Assembly: GCA_023140385.1 (NCBI GenBank)
Contig: JAGLLT010000018.1
Span: forward strand, 6,071-70,070
Direction: 5' to 3'
Length of the DNA: 64,000 nt
DNA from: Candidatus Omnitrophota bacterium
GTDB lineage: Bacteria; Omnitrophota; Gorgyraeia; JAGLLT01
The number at the start of each line of letters is the position of its first letter. The stretch's first letter is position 1. Made by a program: the position numbers and the translations under genes. Below the pieces are notes generated by a model that saw nothing but the letters and a program-made list of their open reading frames with translations, did no database searches and had not been told where the DNA came from. Shown here in pieces: positions 29,928 through 39,837 of the stretch.

Positions 29928-30701
29928 ATGGATAATTTTTCAGAATCGATAAAAAGAGCGGCTGAAGATAGAGAGCAGATGCTGAAGAAAAGCCGAATCG
30001 CGCCCACTTCGGTGGTGCGGGCCAAAGATGGCTCAGGTATAGACGCGAGAGTCGTTACCTATCACAGCCCGAAGTCAAACATAGCCGAAAATTACAGAGG
30101 CATTTTTACCCATCTTAAAAATGCTTCAGAAAAGCTTAACGCTAAGGTAATCGCTATTGTCAGCTCCTCTCTTAACGAAGGCAAGAGTATTACGGCTGTT
30201 AATTTGTCGGTGATTATGGCGGCAGATTTTGGGAAAAAGGTTTTATTGCTTGACTGTAACTTAAGAAGCCCGCGAATAGACGAGTTGTTAAATATAAATG
30301 CCCAAGGCGGCCTTTCAGAGATCTTATCTGATAACTTAACTTCTAAGGCGGCTGTAAAGCCTACGGGGATTAACAATCTTTTCGTAATAACCGCGGGCAA
30401 AGAGGCCGGTAGTCCGGTTGAGCTGTTACATAGTCAAAAACTGCCGCGGTTATTAAAAGAATTGAGAGCGGAGTACGATTATATAATTATTGATACAGCG
30501 GCAGTTATTCCTTATTCTGATTTTAAAGTAATGGCGCCCTGGATAGACGCGGCGGCCCTGGTTGTTAGGGTTCATAAGACTTCGCGCGAGGTAATAACGA
30601 GGGCAGAGGCTATGTTGAAGGAGTTAAGAATTAACGTTCTTGGTTTTATGCTCACGGACGTTGAATATTACATTCCGGACTTTATATATCGTCACCTTTG
30701 A
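29928..30701 (+). CDS. CpsD/CapB-family bacterial tyrosine kinase (partly degenerate)
   Basis: AENYR, Walker A SSLNEGKS, A' LLDCNLRSP, B IIIDTAA, C-terminal YYIPDFIY. Confidence 0.88.
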   Translation: MDNFSESIKRAAEDREQMLKKSRIAPTSVVRAKDGSGIDARVVTYHSPKSNIAENYRGIFTHLKNASEKLNAKVIAIVSSSLNEGKSITAVNLSVIMAADFGKKVLLLDCNLRSPRIDELLNINAQGGLSEILSDNLTSKAAVKPTGINNLFVITAGKEAGSPVELLHSQKLPRLLKELRAEYDYIIIDTAAVIPYSDFKVMAPWIDAAALVVRVHKTSREVITRAEAMLKELRINVLGFMLTDVEYYIPDFIYRHL

Positions 30702-30748
30702 TTGTCTGTACTTTTAAATACCTTAAGAAGAGGCGAAGGAGGCAGATA

Positions 30749-30778
30749 ATGTTTGTATTAACCAAAATCCAAAGGTAG
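30749..30778 (+). other. Putative 9-codon leader ORF (MFVLTKIQR) overlapping a terminator
   Basis: AAGGAGG (30736-30742) lies 6 nt before the ATG; the stop codon falls in the hairpin loop. Confidence 0.35.
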
Positions 30779-30795
30779 TGGGTTTTGGTTTTTTT
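30760..30795 (+). terminator. Intrinsic terminator-like hairpin inside the polysaccharide locus
   Basis: AACCAAAATCCA-loop-TGGGTTTTGGTT (one G-U pair) followed by a T run. Confidence 0.65.
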
Positions 30796-30847
30796 AATAA
30801 AGTCCAAATTTACATAATAAAGTGATGGGTTTGTAAGGGAAAGAATA

Positions 30848-32278
30848 ATGAAAACTATCCAAAGAATCGCGAAAAATACGGCTATTTTAACTGCGGCTGA
30901 GATAGTAAATAAAGCCTTATCTCTATTTTTATATATTGCCATTGCTAATTATTTAAGAGCCGCCGGCTATGGCCGGTTTTCGTTTATTATAGCGCTTTTG
31001 GCCCTCTTCCAAGTGCTGGCAAACTTTGGCCTTAATAAACTGATTATCAGAGATGTGGCCAAAAATAAAGAGATAACCCGCGCTTACGTATCTTTTATGA
31101 TGAAGCTTAAAGCCTTTTTTTCGTTAAGCGCGTATCTTATTTTTATTTTATCTGTTTGTTTGATGAAAAAACCACCGGAAGTTATTTTCGGGGCGTATTT
31201 GATAGGCCTCTCAATGATATTTATCAGCCTATCCAACGTTTATCTGTCTGTTTTTAATGCTCACGAGAAACTGGAAATAAATGCCATCTCTTTGATTTTA
31301 GTAAAGATAGTCATTGTGGGACTGGTAATTCTATTTATTAGCTTAAAAGGAAGCCTCTTGCTTATTTTGGGCGCCTTTGTCGCCGGCGAGGCTTTGAGAC
31401 TATTGGTACTTTGGCTGGTTTATGATAAAAGTTTTAAGTGTAAACTTTCAGAAGAAGTTGTTAAATTATCAGTAAAGAGGATTGTAAAAACTGCTTTCCC
31501 GTTTGTCCTGGCAGGAGTCGCCTCTTTGATATATATGCATGTCGATAAGATTATGATTTCTGTTATCAAAGGAGATAAAGCTGTCGGCTGGTATAGCGCC
31601 GCCTATACCCTTATCGTAGGGTTAATGTTTATTCCGCGCTGCTATACTCTTTCCGTTTTTCCCGCTATCTCTCGTTACGCGAAAAGTTCCAAGAGGCTAT
31701 TGAGTATTTCCTGGCAAAGATCAGTCAAATATCTTTTGATTATCTCTTTACCTATCGCGGCCGGCGTATTTATTTTAGCTGAGAGGTTTATAAATATTTT
31801 ATACCATAGCGGCTATGAAAATAGTACCGTTGCTTTAAAAATATTAATACTGGCTATACCATGGATTTTTGTAAATTCGATAAATATTTATTTGTTGTAC
31901 GCGGCAAATTTTCAAAAGCGGGCAATGTTTATAATTCTGGCCAGCGCTCTTTTAAACATAGTTTTAAATTTCATTTTTATTCCGCGTTTTAGTTATATAG
32001 GTGCCGCCTGGGCAACAGTTTTGGCGGAAGTTGCCAATAGCCTGATGCTCTTTATTTTTATATACACAGGTATGAATTTAAGAATAGAGATTCAGAACAC
32101 GCTTATTAAGCCGCTGGTAGCCGCCTTTTTTATGGGGACACTGATTTATTATTTCAGATCAGGTAACCTGATAATAATTATTGTGACGGCATCTATTTTA
32201 TACGCGGGCGCGCTTACTTTACTAAGGACATTTGATAGAGAAGATAGGGATATAGTAAAAAAAATAATTACGGCATAA
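30848..32278 (+). CDS. Wzx-type flippase (MOP superfamily)
   Basis: RIAKNT start, ~14 TMs, YGRFS, DKIMIS...AVGWYSAA, IGAAWAT. Confidence 0.9.
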   Translation: MKTIQRIAKNTAILTAAEIVNKALSLFLYIAIANYLRAAGYGRFSFIIALLALFQVLANFGLNKLIIRDVAKNKEITRAYVSFMMKLKAFFSLSAYLIFILSVCLMKKPPEVIFGAYLIGLSMIFISLSNVYLSVFNAHEKLEINAISLILVKIVIVGLVILFISLKGSLLLILGAFVAGEALRLLVLWLVYDKSFKCKLSEEVVKLSVKRIVKTAFPFVLAGVASLIYMHVDKIMISVIKGDKAVGWYSAAYTLIVGLMFIPRCYTLSVFPAISRYAKSSKRLLSISWQRSVKYLLIISLPIAAGVFILAERFINILYHSGYENSTVALKILILAIPWIFVNSINIYLLYAANFQKRAMFIILASALLNIVLNFIFIPRFSYIGAAWATVLAEVANSLMLFIFIYTGMNLRIEIQNTLIKPLVAAFFMGTLIYYFRSGNLIIIIVTASILYAGALTLLRTFDREDRDIVKKIITA

Positions 32279-32324
32279 GGATACTTGCAATTAAATTATC
32301 TTTAAATAAATTTAGAATGAAAAG

Positions 32325-33797
32325 ATGAAAATTATTAAAGGCTTAATGGATAATAAAGGAACCTTAGCACAGAAAACAGCCAGAGGCGGGATCTGGGTAT
32401 TCGGCTCTTTTTTCTTTGCCAAGGTACTATTTTTTATCAGAACGGTTATTCTGGCCAGACTTCTCATCCCTAATGATTTTGGGATGATGGGCATTGCTAT
32501 TCTTGCAATGACAGGTATGCAGGTACTTACCGAGACCGGAATTGATCAGGCGATAATTCAAAAGAAAGGAGTTACCAAAGACGCACTTGATACCGCCTGG
32601 GTTATATCTGTTGCGCGCGGAATTATACTTTTTATCGTTCTCTATTTGTTATCTCCAGCTATTGCCGCTTTTTATAATAATCTTATGCTTGAACCTTTAC
32701 TAAAAGTGCTCTCTATTTCTTTTCTTTTTTTGGGGTTACAAAATATCGGTGTTGTCTTTTTTCAAAAAGAGTTAAACTTTAAAAAAAGAGCTTTGTTTAC
32801 CACTGCAACAGACGTTATAAATATAATTTTTACCGTGTTATTCGCGGTAATTCTAAAAAATGTTTGGGCTGTGGTAATTGGTTGTGTTGTCGGTAATTTG
32901 GCGAAGCTGATTATATCATATCGGATTCAAGCTTTTCGTCCTTGTTTTAAATTTAATCCGAAAGCTGCTAAAGAGTTACTGAAATTTGGAAAGCACGTTT
33001 TTGGGGCAAGCGTAATGATTTTTTTCGTTACTCAAGGAGATGATGCTTTGGTTGGTAAGATGTTAGGATTAGAAGCGCTTGGTTTATATGTTTTAGCCTA
33101 TAGCTTGTCCAATATGCCAACAACGGCGATTACGCATGTTATTTCCCAGGTGAGCTTTCCGGCCTATTCAAAAGTGCAGGATGACACTAAAAGGCTTGGG
33201 AGAGGGTACTTAAAAATATTAAAGTTTACCGCGTTATTAACTATACCCTTGGCAGCCGGACTTTTTATTTTGGCTCCCGAATTTATAAAGATAGTATACG
33301 GTGAAAAATGGCTGCCTATGCTTCCCGCGGTTTTGATTATGTGTTTCCTGGGTTTTTTCCGCGCCATCGGAGCGACGATGGGACCTGTTTTCTTTGCGGT
33401 TGGTAAACCGCACATCCAGCACAAGATAAAGTTATGTGAGTTGATAACAATGATTGTAATTATCTATCCGTTAATAAAGATGTTTGGCATCGTTGGCGCC
33501 GCCCTGGCCGGCACATTTGTCTATTTCTTAAGCTTAATATTGCATTATAATAATCTCATTAAAGTTATTAAGGGCATAAAACTTGAAATTTTTAAAACTA
33601 TAAGCAAGCCCTTAGTTTTGAGTTTACTGATGGCGGTTTTTATCTTTTTGCTAAAAAAGCACTTTCTTATATGTATAAATTTAAGCGGTTTATTTTTTCT
33701 CTCTATAGTTGGCTTAGTTTTTTATACAGCCTCAATCTTTTTTATTGATAAAGAGGGAATTGAATTTATGAAAACAACGATTAAACTTATCAAGTAA
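32325..33797 (+). CDS. Second Wzx-type flippase (WzxC-like)
   Basis: ILARLLIPNDFG, LGLYVLAY, VSFPAYSK, YGEKWLP. Confidence 0.9.
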   Translation: MKIIKGLMDNKGTLAQKTARGGIWVFGSFFFAKVLFFIRTVILARLLIPNDFGMMGIAILAMTGMQVLTETGIDQAIIQKKGVTKDALDTAWVISVARGIILFIVLYLLSPAIAAFYNNLMLEPLLKVLSISFLFLGLQNIGVVFFQKELNFKKRALFTTATDVINIIFTVLFAVILKNVWAVVIGCVVGNLAKLIISYRIQAFRPCFKFNPKAAKELLKFGKHVFGASVMIFFVTQGDDALVGKMLGLEALGLYVLAYSLSNMPTTAITHVISQVSFPAYSKVQDDTKRLGRGYLKILKFTALLTIPLAAGLFILAPEFIKIVYGEKWLPMLPAVLIMCFLGFFRAIGATMGPVFFAVGKPHIQHKIKLCELITMIVIIYPLIKMFGIVGAALAGTFVYFLSLILHYNNLIKVIKGIKLEIFKTISKPLVLSLLMAVFIFLLKKHFLICINLSGLFFLSIVGLVFYTASIFFIDKEGIEFMKTTIKLIK

Positions 33798-33809
33798 AAG
33801 GAATATATA

Positions 33810-35207
33810 ATGAAGTATGATTTAGAAGAACGTCCTCTAATTGAGTTTTCCGGCTTAGTAACGTTTTTTATAATTTTCTTTTCACTGGCCTTTGGAGTTA
33901 GCTTTTTATTCTTACCGTGGTATGTAGTTTTGGTTCTATTTACCGGGTTTGCTATTACTATAGGAATTGTGTTTAATCCGTTCATTGGTGTTCTGCTTTT
34001 TTTAGTAACTACATATGTTCATGTTATGGCTTTTGCTCCTGTCGAGCTTATTAAATCGCAGCCGGCAGTTATGGCAGGCGGCATTGTACTGCTTGCCTGG
34101 CTTTTTCATCTTATTATTTACAAAGATTTTAAGCTACCCAGGTCTCCGCAGTTTTTATGCGTGATTGGCCTTACTCTTATGGGGTTTTTTTCCGTAATTT
34201 TTCATTTAAACGAATACGAAAACTTTTTTTTGGTTTTTCATTTTATTAAGATGTTAATACTGTACTTTTTGGTAACTAACTTGATAAAAACCGAAAAGCA
34301 GTTATACGTTTCACTTACTGTAATATTAATATTAACTTTCGGTACCGCCCTTTCCGGCGTTATGCAGTATTTACAGAGCGAAGCAACTATAGAGGTTGAT
34401 AGAGTCGCGGGTTTTGAAGGCAACCCGAATGCCCTGGCAATAAATTTAGTTTTTATAATTCCCTTTATCGTAGGCCTTATTCAATATTTTTCCTCTTTGA
34501 AATTAAAAGCATTGCTCTTGTGCGTTTTTCTTATTGTATTATCTGGTATTGTTTTTACATTTTCCCGGGCGGGCTTTCTCGCTCTGGCTGTGGTTTTTCC
34601 GATAAGTTTATGGAGATTTTCGAAGAGGCGGAATAGAATATGGCTGATAATAGTGTTTATTGTTTTTCTTGGCCTATTGATTCCTTTTTTACCTGAGCAG
34701 TACTGGGAAAGAATTCAGTCAATAACTGATTTTAGCGATGTAAGTATTATTGGCAGGCTGGATAGTTATCGTATCGGCTGGCAAATGATAAAAGATAATC
34801 CCTTTCTTGGAATTGGCCCGGGAAGATGGGCTTATAAGTATGTAGCTTACGCGGCAAAACTAATAGGAATTACAACTTATAACTGGTGCCCTTTTAATGT
34901 ATTTATTGAAACAGGAGCGGAAAACGGCCTCTTTGCTTTAGGATTCTATGTTTTTATTATCTTTTTCTCATTTAAAGAACTGAATAAGGCTAAGATTATT
35001 TTTGAAAAGAAGGGCAAGTTATTGCTATCAAAAGCATCGCAAGCTTTTTCAATAACCTTAATTGGATTTTTGGTAAATACAATCTTTGAAGCGGGACTGG
35101 GATTAAAAGTGTTTTGGATTATTGCAGGGCTTTCTGTTGTACTTAAAGAGGTCGCTTTAAATTTAGAACTTAATACTTCAATTAATACTTTTAAAACGAA
35201 TGGATAA
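33810..35207 (+). CDS. O-antigen ligase/Wzy polymerase-family protein
   Basis: Polytopic; RVAGFEGNPN, TFSRAGFL, R...NPFLGIGPG. The usual HN motif appears as FN. Confidence 0.85.
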   Translation: MKYDLEERPLIEFSGLVTFFIIFFSLAFGVSFLFLPWYVVLVLFTGFAITIGIVFNPFIGVLLFLVTTYVHVMAFAPVELIKSQPAVMAGGIVLLAWLFHLIIYKDFKLPRSPQFLCVIGLTLMGFFSVIFHLNEYENFFLVFHFIKMLILYFLVTNLIKTEKQLYVSLTVILILTFGTALSGVMQYLQSEATIEVDRVAGFEGNPNALAINLVFIIPFIVGLIQYFSSLKLKALLLCVFLIVLSGIVFTFSRAGFLALAVVFPISLWRFSKRRNRIWLIIVFIVFLGLLIPFLPEQYWERIQSITDFSDVSIIGRLDSYRIGWQMIKDNPFLGIGPGRWAYKYVAYAAKLIGITTYNWCPFNVFIETGAENGLFALGFYVFIIFFSFKELNKAKIIFEKKGKLLLSKASQAFSITLIGFLVNTIFEAGLGLKVFWIIAGLSVVLKEVALNLELNTSINTFKTNG

Positions 35208-36372
35208 AATAAATATTGCGCACATAACAACTCCCAGGAGGGATCAACTTTCAGGCTCTGATAGAGTAATTTTGTCTATTTTATCAAAGTCAGACAAGAA
35301 AAAATTTAATCATATTGTTTTCTGTTTAACGCACAGGGAAAATAAAGGGTACTTATTAATTGAAGAAGTAAAAAAAATAGGCGCAACGGTAGAGACAATA
35401 ATTTTAAAATGGCGGTTTGACATAAGAGCTTTTTGTATATTAAGAAGTTTATTAAAGAAATATAACATTAGTATTTTGCAGACTTATGAGTATAAAAGTA
35501 ATTTTATAGCTTTATTTTCAACTTTTTTTATCAAGGCTAAAAAAATTGCCCGCATCGGCGGCTGGTTAGGCTTTGGCTTAAGTATTAAGAGTTGTAACTT
35601 AGATAGAAAAGCCTTTATTTATGAGTTGATAGATTCTTTTGTGAGAAAATGTTTTGATAGAGTTGTTGTTGTGTCGACAGAAATTAAAGATAAACTTGTA
35701 GCTCAGAGGTGTGCAAAAGATAAAATAGTTTTAATACATAATGGTACTGATTTGGATGAATACTATCAAAATTCAGCTGATTCAACAAATGTAAAAAAGA
35801 CCTTAAGCATTAAATCCGGCGCTAAGATTATAGGTACGATAGGCCGCCTGACAATTGAAAAGGGGCACAGGTATTTACTGGAGGCAGCCGTTGAGGTGCT
35901 GCAAAAATACCCCGATGCAAAATTTGTTATTGTAGGTGAAGGTGAACTCAAGCGCGCATTATTTGACTACTCGAAAAAGTTGGGAATTGAACACAGTATA
36001 ATTTTTACAGGTTTTTCTGAAAATGTGGGTAAATATTTGTCTATTATGGACATCTTCGTTTTTCCGTCCATATGGGAAGGTTTTGGGATAGTGGTGATTG
36101 AGGCGATGGCCGCCGGCATTCCGGTAATTGCTACTAAAGTGGGAGGCATCCCTGATATTATAGAAAACAACGAAACTGGTATTTTGGTGGAAGCTAAAAA
36201 TTCACCGCAACTAACCAAGGCGATAAACCTGTTATTGTCAGATGGGGAAAAATGTGAATTTTTTAAAAATAACGCAAAAAAAATTGTTAGAGATAAATTC
36301 TCCTCAAAAGTAATGATAGAAAAATATGAAGAAATGTATAACAATCTTGTAGCGACCTATGGAAATATTTAA
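35200..36372 (+). CDS. Glycosyltransferase family 4
   Basis: GRLTIEKG, DIFVFPSIWEGFGIVVIEAMAAG, ATKVGG. Confidence 0.92.
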   Translation: MDKINIAHITTPRRDQLSGSDRVILSILSKSDKKKFNHIVFCLTHRENKGYLLIEEVKKIGATVETIILKWRFDIRAFCILRSLLKKYNISILQTYEYKSNFIALFSTFFIKAKKIARIGGWLGFGLSIKSCNLDRKAFIYELIDSFVRKCFDRVVVVSTEIKDKLVAQRCAKDKIVLIHNGTDLDEYYQNSADSTNVKKTLSIKSGAKIIGTIGRLTIEKGHRYLLEAAVEVLQKYPDAKFVIVGEGELKRALFDYSKKLGIEHSIIFTGFSENVGKYLSIMDIFVFPSIWEGFGIVVIEAMAAGIPVIATKVGGIPDIIENNETGILVEAKNSPQLTKAINLLLSDGEKCEFFKNNAKKIVRDKFSSKVMIEKYEEMYNNLVATYGNI

Positions 36373-37477
36373 ATATAAAAAAAGGAAAATTTTAGTAATT
36401 TCTATGCAGGGCATTGGCGATCTCCTGCTAATTACCCCTGCTTTGTCTTTATTGCGTAGAAACTTTCCACAGTCTATCATTTCTGTTCTTGTGTTGTCTA
36501 ACGCAAAAGATATAATTCTTGGGAATCCGGATATTGATAGAGTGATAATATACGATCATAAGAAAAAAAGCATTTTTGCAATATTAAAATTTATCTTGAA
36601 GCTTAGAAAGGAAGGCTTTAACTTATCAATTTGTGCTTATCCTAGCGGCCTTCGCGCAATCTTTGTTGGTTTTTTAACAGGCGCTCCTTTACGCATTGGG
36701 CAAAATTTAGTATGTGTAAAAAAAATCCCCTTTTTACTTACGCATAAAATAGATGTTATCAAAGTTAAGCATGCTGTTGATATGAATATTGACCTTATTA
36801 AAACCTTAGGACAAGTGTCCAACGATAAAAAAAAGCAACTAGTTATGCCTATAAATCAAACAGATACAGAATTTGTTCTTCGATACAAGCGGAGGCATGA
36901 CATAAGCGACACTAATATTTTTATTTGTATCCATCCGGGTGTTAGCAAACTGGGGGAGTCTAGAAGATGGCCTTTGGATAAATTTATTAAACTATCTGAC
37001 AGATTAGTCGAAGAGTACAACGCAAGAATTGTTTTTATTGGGATAGAAGATGACAGAGCGGCATTAAATGAAATTAACGGAACTATGAACAAAAAACAAT
37101 TAGTAGTTGTTAACTGGCCTATAAAAAGAGTTTCTGCTTTAATAAAAAGTTGCGATCTTTTTATAGGTAATAACTCAGGCCCGATGCACATTGCCGCTGC
37201 CGTGAAAACTACAACTATAGGACTTTTTGGTGATACTGATCCTCGTATCCATGGGCCGTATGGAGAAAATAACATTGTAGTAAGAAAAAACTTGAACTGT
37301 AGCCCATGCTTCTATCCTTTTTTGCATGGAACGCTTGATTGCGCCAGATTAGACAGGTGTATTGGCAGAGGCAGGCCTAAGTGCATTAAGAGTGAATTTG
37401 AGTGCATGAAAAGTATCGAAGTTGATGATGTGCTGAAGGAAGTAAAAAAAATAGAATCAGTGTGGAAACGTACATAA
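36359..37477 (+). CDS. Glycosyltransferase family 9 (heptosyltransferase-like)
   Basis: GIGDLLL, IHPG, RRWP, GNNSGPMHIAAA, LFGDT, CSPC. Confidence 0.9.
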   Translation: MEIFKYKKRKILVISMQGIGDLLLITPALSLLRRNFPQSIISVLVLSNAKDIILGNPDIDRVIIYDHKKKSIFAILKFILKLRKEGFNLSICAYPSGLRAIFVGFLTGAPLRIGQNLVCVKKIPFLLTHKIDVIKVKHAVDMNIDLIKTLGQVSNDKKKQLVMPINQTDTEFVLRYKRRHDISDTNIFICIHPGVSKLGESRRWPLDKFIKLSDRLVEEYNARIVFIGIEDDRAALNEINGTMNKKQLVVVNWPIKRVSALIKSCDLFIGNNSGPMHIAAAVKTTTIGLFGDTDPRIHGPYGENNIVVRKNLNCSPCFYPFLHGTLDCARLDRCIGRGRPKCIKSEFECMKSIEVDDVLKEVKKIESVWKRT

Positions 37478-37504
37478 TGCAAATATAGTTACCAACAGGA
37501 GAGA

Positions 37505-39790
37505 GTGATAGTGGTTAGAGCTTATAAGAAAACAAGAGTTTTTCTTGCTTTAGCAATTATAGTTACTATTGTTTCTTGTTTCTCCCGTGTTATGCGCGGA
37601 GGAACTGAAAATCAGCCGCCTTTATGTGAAGATATGAATCAGCTTATCCCCATGCCTCAAGAATTTCTTTATAAGGGAACTGAAGTTGCCTTAGACGGCA
37701 ATTGGGATATTTTAGTTGATATATTTGATGAAAATGATTTCTTTGCGGCTATGGAACTCCGAAAAGAACTGCGCAAAACGCATAACCTGTCTCTGGCAGT
37801 AAAAGCTATAAACAATAATTTGTCATCTGAAAATAACCATATAATGCTGGTAAATCTTAGAAAAAATGAGAAGACAATTCCTTTTTGTTTGAATAAAGGC
37901 ATCTATTTTGACAAAACCTTGCCGGAAGAAGGATATATCTTAGAAGTGTTTAGCGACAGTATCATTATTGCGGCAGGGAGCGGCTCCGGCGTATTTTACG
38001 GGGCGCAGTCATTGAAACAATTGATTAAAAGCGAAGAGGATTTAGTTGTTGTTCCCGAAGTAAAAATTAAAGATTGGCCGGATTCCAAAATAAGGGGAGT
38101 TCATCTCTGCGGCATTGGTTTGTCCGATATGTACGATGTAATTAATAAAATAGCCGCCCTAAAAATGAATACGGCCATAATTGAAAGAGATTTCTGGTAC
38201 GATTTTCGTTTAAAAAAAATAAACGATCTGGTTAATTACGAAAAGTTTTTTGACTATTGCAGAGAACGTCATATCAATCCTGTTCCAAACATACATAATT
38301 TTGGAATTTCTTCTTTTGTGTTAAAAGAAGATCCGCATTGCGCGGAAGGAATTTGGGTGCAAGATGAAAAGTTTGAATTTGTTGACAACATGGCCCGCCC
38401 GATTATAGCGCTGGATGTTGAAATAAAAAATCCTGGCTTCGAAAAAAATGGCGGACAGAATGTTCCCGAGGGCTGGGAATTTCGCACCGACTTGCTTAAT
38501 TCAATTAATTACTGGTTATGGGATGACAGCGTCGCGCATACTGGCACTTATTCTGCAAAGGTTTCTCTGGATAGCCAGGGTTCAAGCAACTCTTTGTTGC
38601 AAAAATGCCAAGTTACGCCTCGAGCGGCGTATAGCCTTACATTTTACGCAAAAAGATCTCCTGATGGTAGTCAGGGGTATCCGATAGCTATGCGTATCTC
38701 TCAGCGAGATAAATACAACAGGCCCATCGTAAAAAATTATTACCCAGTGAAAAGTAAGCGCTGGCAAAAGCATATTTTTAATTTTATTACCGAACCGGAC
38801 TGCGTGTCGATTCATATTATTCCAAGTATTGTTTCTGGTAAAGGAGCAGCGTGGTTTGACGATTTAGAACTCAAAAGGATGAATGGTAGTTTGATTAATG
38901 TTATTCAAACAGAAACTTCAAATATTATTATCACAAATTTGGATAAAACTAAGATCTATATAGAAGGAATAGACTATAAAGTTGAAGATGGAGATATGAG
39001 ATATTGGGATATTGATGAAGGAGATGCTTACCCGTATGATTTTAGATATCGCGCGCCGACCAAAATTAAGAGATTGCCGAATGGCAGGATAAAAGAAAAG
39101 GAGAAAGTTTTATTAAATTATAATTTTGTTTTACAACTTAATCCCTGTTACTGGAAATCTACATATTGTCCCGGAGAACCAAGGACGTATGAAATTGTGT
39201 TTCAGGCCATAAGAGGTTTAATGGAGAGCGCTCTTAATATTGATGCTATCGTTATCGGGGACTCTGAGGTGTTTGGTATGAACAGAGATTCAAGGTCGTT
39301 AAAAGAGGGCAAAAGCAATGCCGAACTGTTAAGTTACGATATAAACAAGATATGCAATTTTATTTATAGCCTGAAACCCAATATGAAAATTTTTCTATAT
39401 GATGACATGCTTAACCCTCATCATTTTGGAGGGCAAAAGTTGTTGCAAATGATATATGGCGGCAGGATGAAAGGGGGTACGGCTGAAGCGATAAAGTCAA
39501 TCCCTAAAAATGTAGTTCCTATTGTCTGGTGGTATAAAGGGGATGATGAGCTGCATAAAATGAAAAAAAGCCCGTCATATTTTAAAGCTAATGGATTTGA
39601 CTATATGGTGGCTACCGCATACGATAAAGAAAACATACATAAATGGGCAGATATTATCTCGAAGAGAAAAGACTGTTTGGGTGTAATCAATACAAATTGG
39701 CCAAATACCCCGCCTGAATATAAATGGGGAGGCTTAAAGTTGACCGCCGGCTATTCATGGAATTATAAAAGTAGAAGTTATACTAAATAG
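37505..39790 (+). CDS. Exported GH20-like glycoside hydrolase with an inserted carbohydrate-binding module
   Basis: N-terminal signal/anchor; GH20 domain 2 (LIPMPQ, EEGYIL, GVFYGAQSLKQL, IKDWP); CBM4/9-like insert (KNPGFE...AWFDDLEL); catalytic region reads IGDSE. Confidence 0.7.
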   Translation: MIVVRAYKKTRVFLALAIIVTIVSCFSRVMRGGTENQPPLCEDMNQLIPMPQEFLYKGTEVALDGNWDILVDIFDENDFFAAMELRKELRKTHNLSLAVKAINNNLSSENNHIMLVNLRKNEKTIPFCLNKGIYFDKTLPEEGYILEVFSDSIIIAAGSGSGVFYGAQSLKQLIKSEEDLVVVPEVKIKDWPDSKIRGVHLCGIGLSDMYDVINKIAALKMNTAIIERDFWYDFRLKKINDLVNYEKFFDYCRERHINPVPNIHNFGISSFVLKEDPHCAEGIWVQDEKFEFVDNMARPIIALDVEIKNPGFEKNGGQNVPEGWEFRTDLLNSINYWLWDDSVAHTGTYSAKVSLDSQGSSNSLLQKCQVTPRAAYSLTFYAKRSPDGSQGYPIAMRISQRDKYNRPIVKNYYPVKSKRWQKHIFNFITEPDCVSIHIIPSIVSGKGAAWFDDLELKRMNGSLINVIQTETSNIIITNLDKTKIYIEGIDYKVEDGDMRYWDIDEGDAYPYDFRYRAPTKIKRLPNGRIKEKEKVLLNYNFVLQLNPCYWKSTYCPGEPRTYEIVFQAIRGLMESALNIDAIVIGDSEVFGMNRDSRSLKEGKSNAELLSYDINKICNFIYSLKPNMKIFLYDDMLNPHHFGGQKLLQMIYGGRMKGGTAEAIKSIPKNVVPIVWWYKGDDELHKMKKSPSYFKANGFDYMVATAYDKENIHKWADIISKRKDCLGVINTNWPNTPPEYKWGGLKLTAGYSWNYKSRSYTK

Positions 39791-39837
39791 CATTTCAGAT
39801 ATTAAGCGAAGAGCATTGTTTTTATTATTGCGGGAGA

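Noticed and set aside
30770-30782. ops (RfaH) element in the hairpin loop (AAGGTAGTG)
   Set aside because: Only a partial match to GGCGGTAG; insufficient evidence.
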